Source: a virus (lineage: Duplodnaviria > Caudoviricetes). From it: 26,415 nt of DNA. The DNA lies in IMG/VR virus record IMGVR_UViG_3300049740_001985, positions 1 to 26,415 of that record. One strand, given 5' to 3'. A program made the position numbers and the translations under genes. Below, one piece after another: positions 26,414 through 26,415 of this stretch. The stretch's first letter is position 1. The number at the start of each line of letters is the position of its first letter. The notes under the pieces are model-generated. The model made no database searches. It saw only the letters and a list, made by a program, of their open reading frames with translations, and was not told where the DNA came from.

Positions 26414-26415
26414 AT

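Noticed and set aside
1-26415. CRISPR arrays, tRNA/rRNA, IS elements, introns/inteins and intrinsic terminators
   Set aside because: I saw no spaced repeats, RNA-gene signatures, transposase or intein motifs, or GC hairpin plus U-tract. There is almost no intergenic space.
1-26415. DNA hypermodification (e.g. 7-deazaguanine) pathway
   Set aside because: No recognisable folE, queD, queC, dpdA, thymidylate synthase or DNA-binding modifier is in this window. It is not excluded for the wider genome.

Overview
AT-rich (about 30% GC by eye), wall-to-wall coding DNA that most likely comes from the accessory region of a large T4-like or jumbo tailed phage. The supporting signs are TATAAATA/TAAATA late-promoter boxes in all three short intergenic gaps that start a unit, a tail-fibre-like gene, and no housekeeping genes. 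The window is almost entirely biosynthetic. It has seven complete radical SAM genes plus a probable partial eighth. These include three tandem cobalamin-type paralogs, two more cobalamin-type enzymes and a Tes/MJ0619-like enzyme. It also has an amidinotransferase, a class III aminotransferase, two methyltransferases, two 2OG-Fe(II)-type oxygenases and three GCS-motif SGNH proteins. A >13 kb minus-strand operon encodes NDP-sugar synthesis (split HldE-like kinase and nucleotidyltransferase, HAD phosphatase, cupin, minimal TPP-dependent E1 alpha/beta, epimerase, RmlC) and glycosyltransferase-like proteins. The most striking elements missing from the ORF track are a perfect 20-bp palindrome that looks like a bidirectional late promoter with an ATG on each arm, a 13-aa peptide ORF it opens that is coupled to the radical SAM triplet, and a 30-aa basic ORF. 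The working hypothesis is a late-expressed, phage-encoded system that hypermodifies virion glycans, proteins or a peptide. All functional calls rest on motif recognition only; no searches were run.
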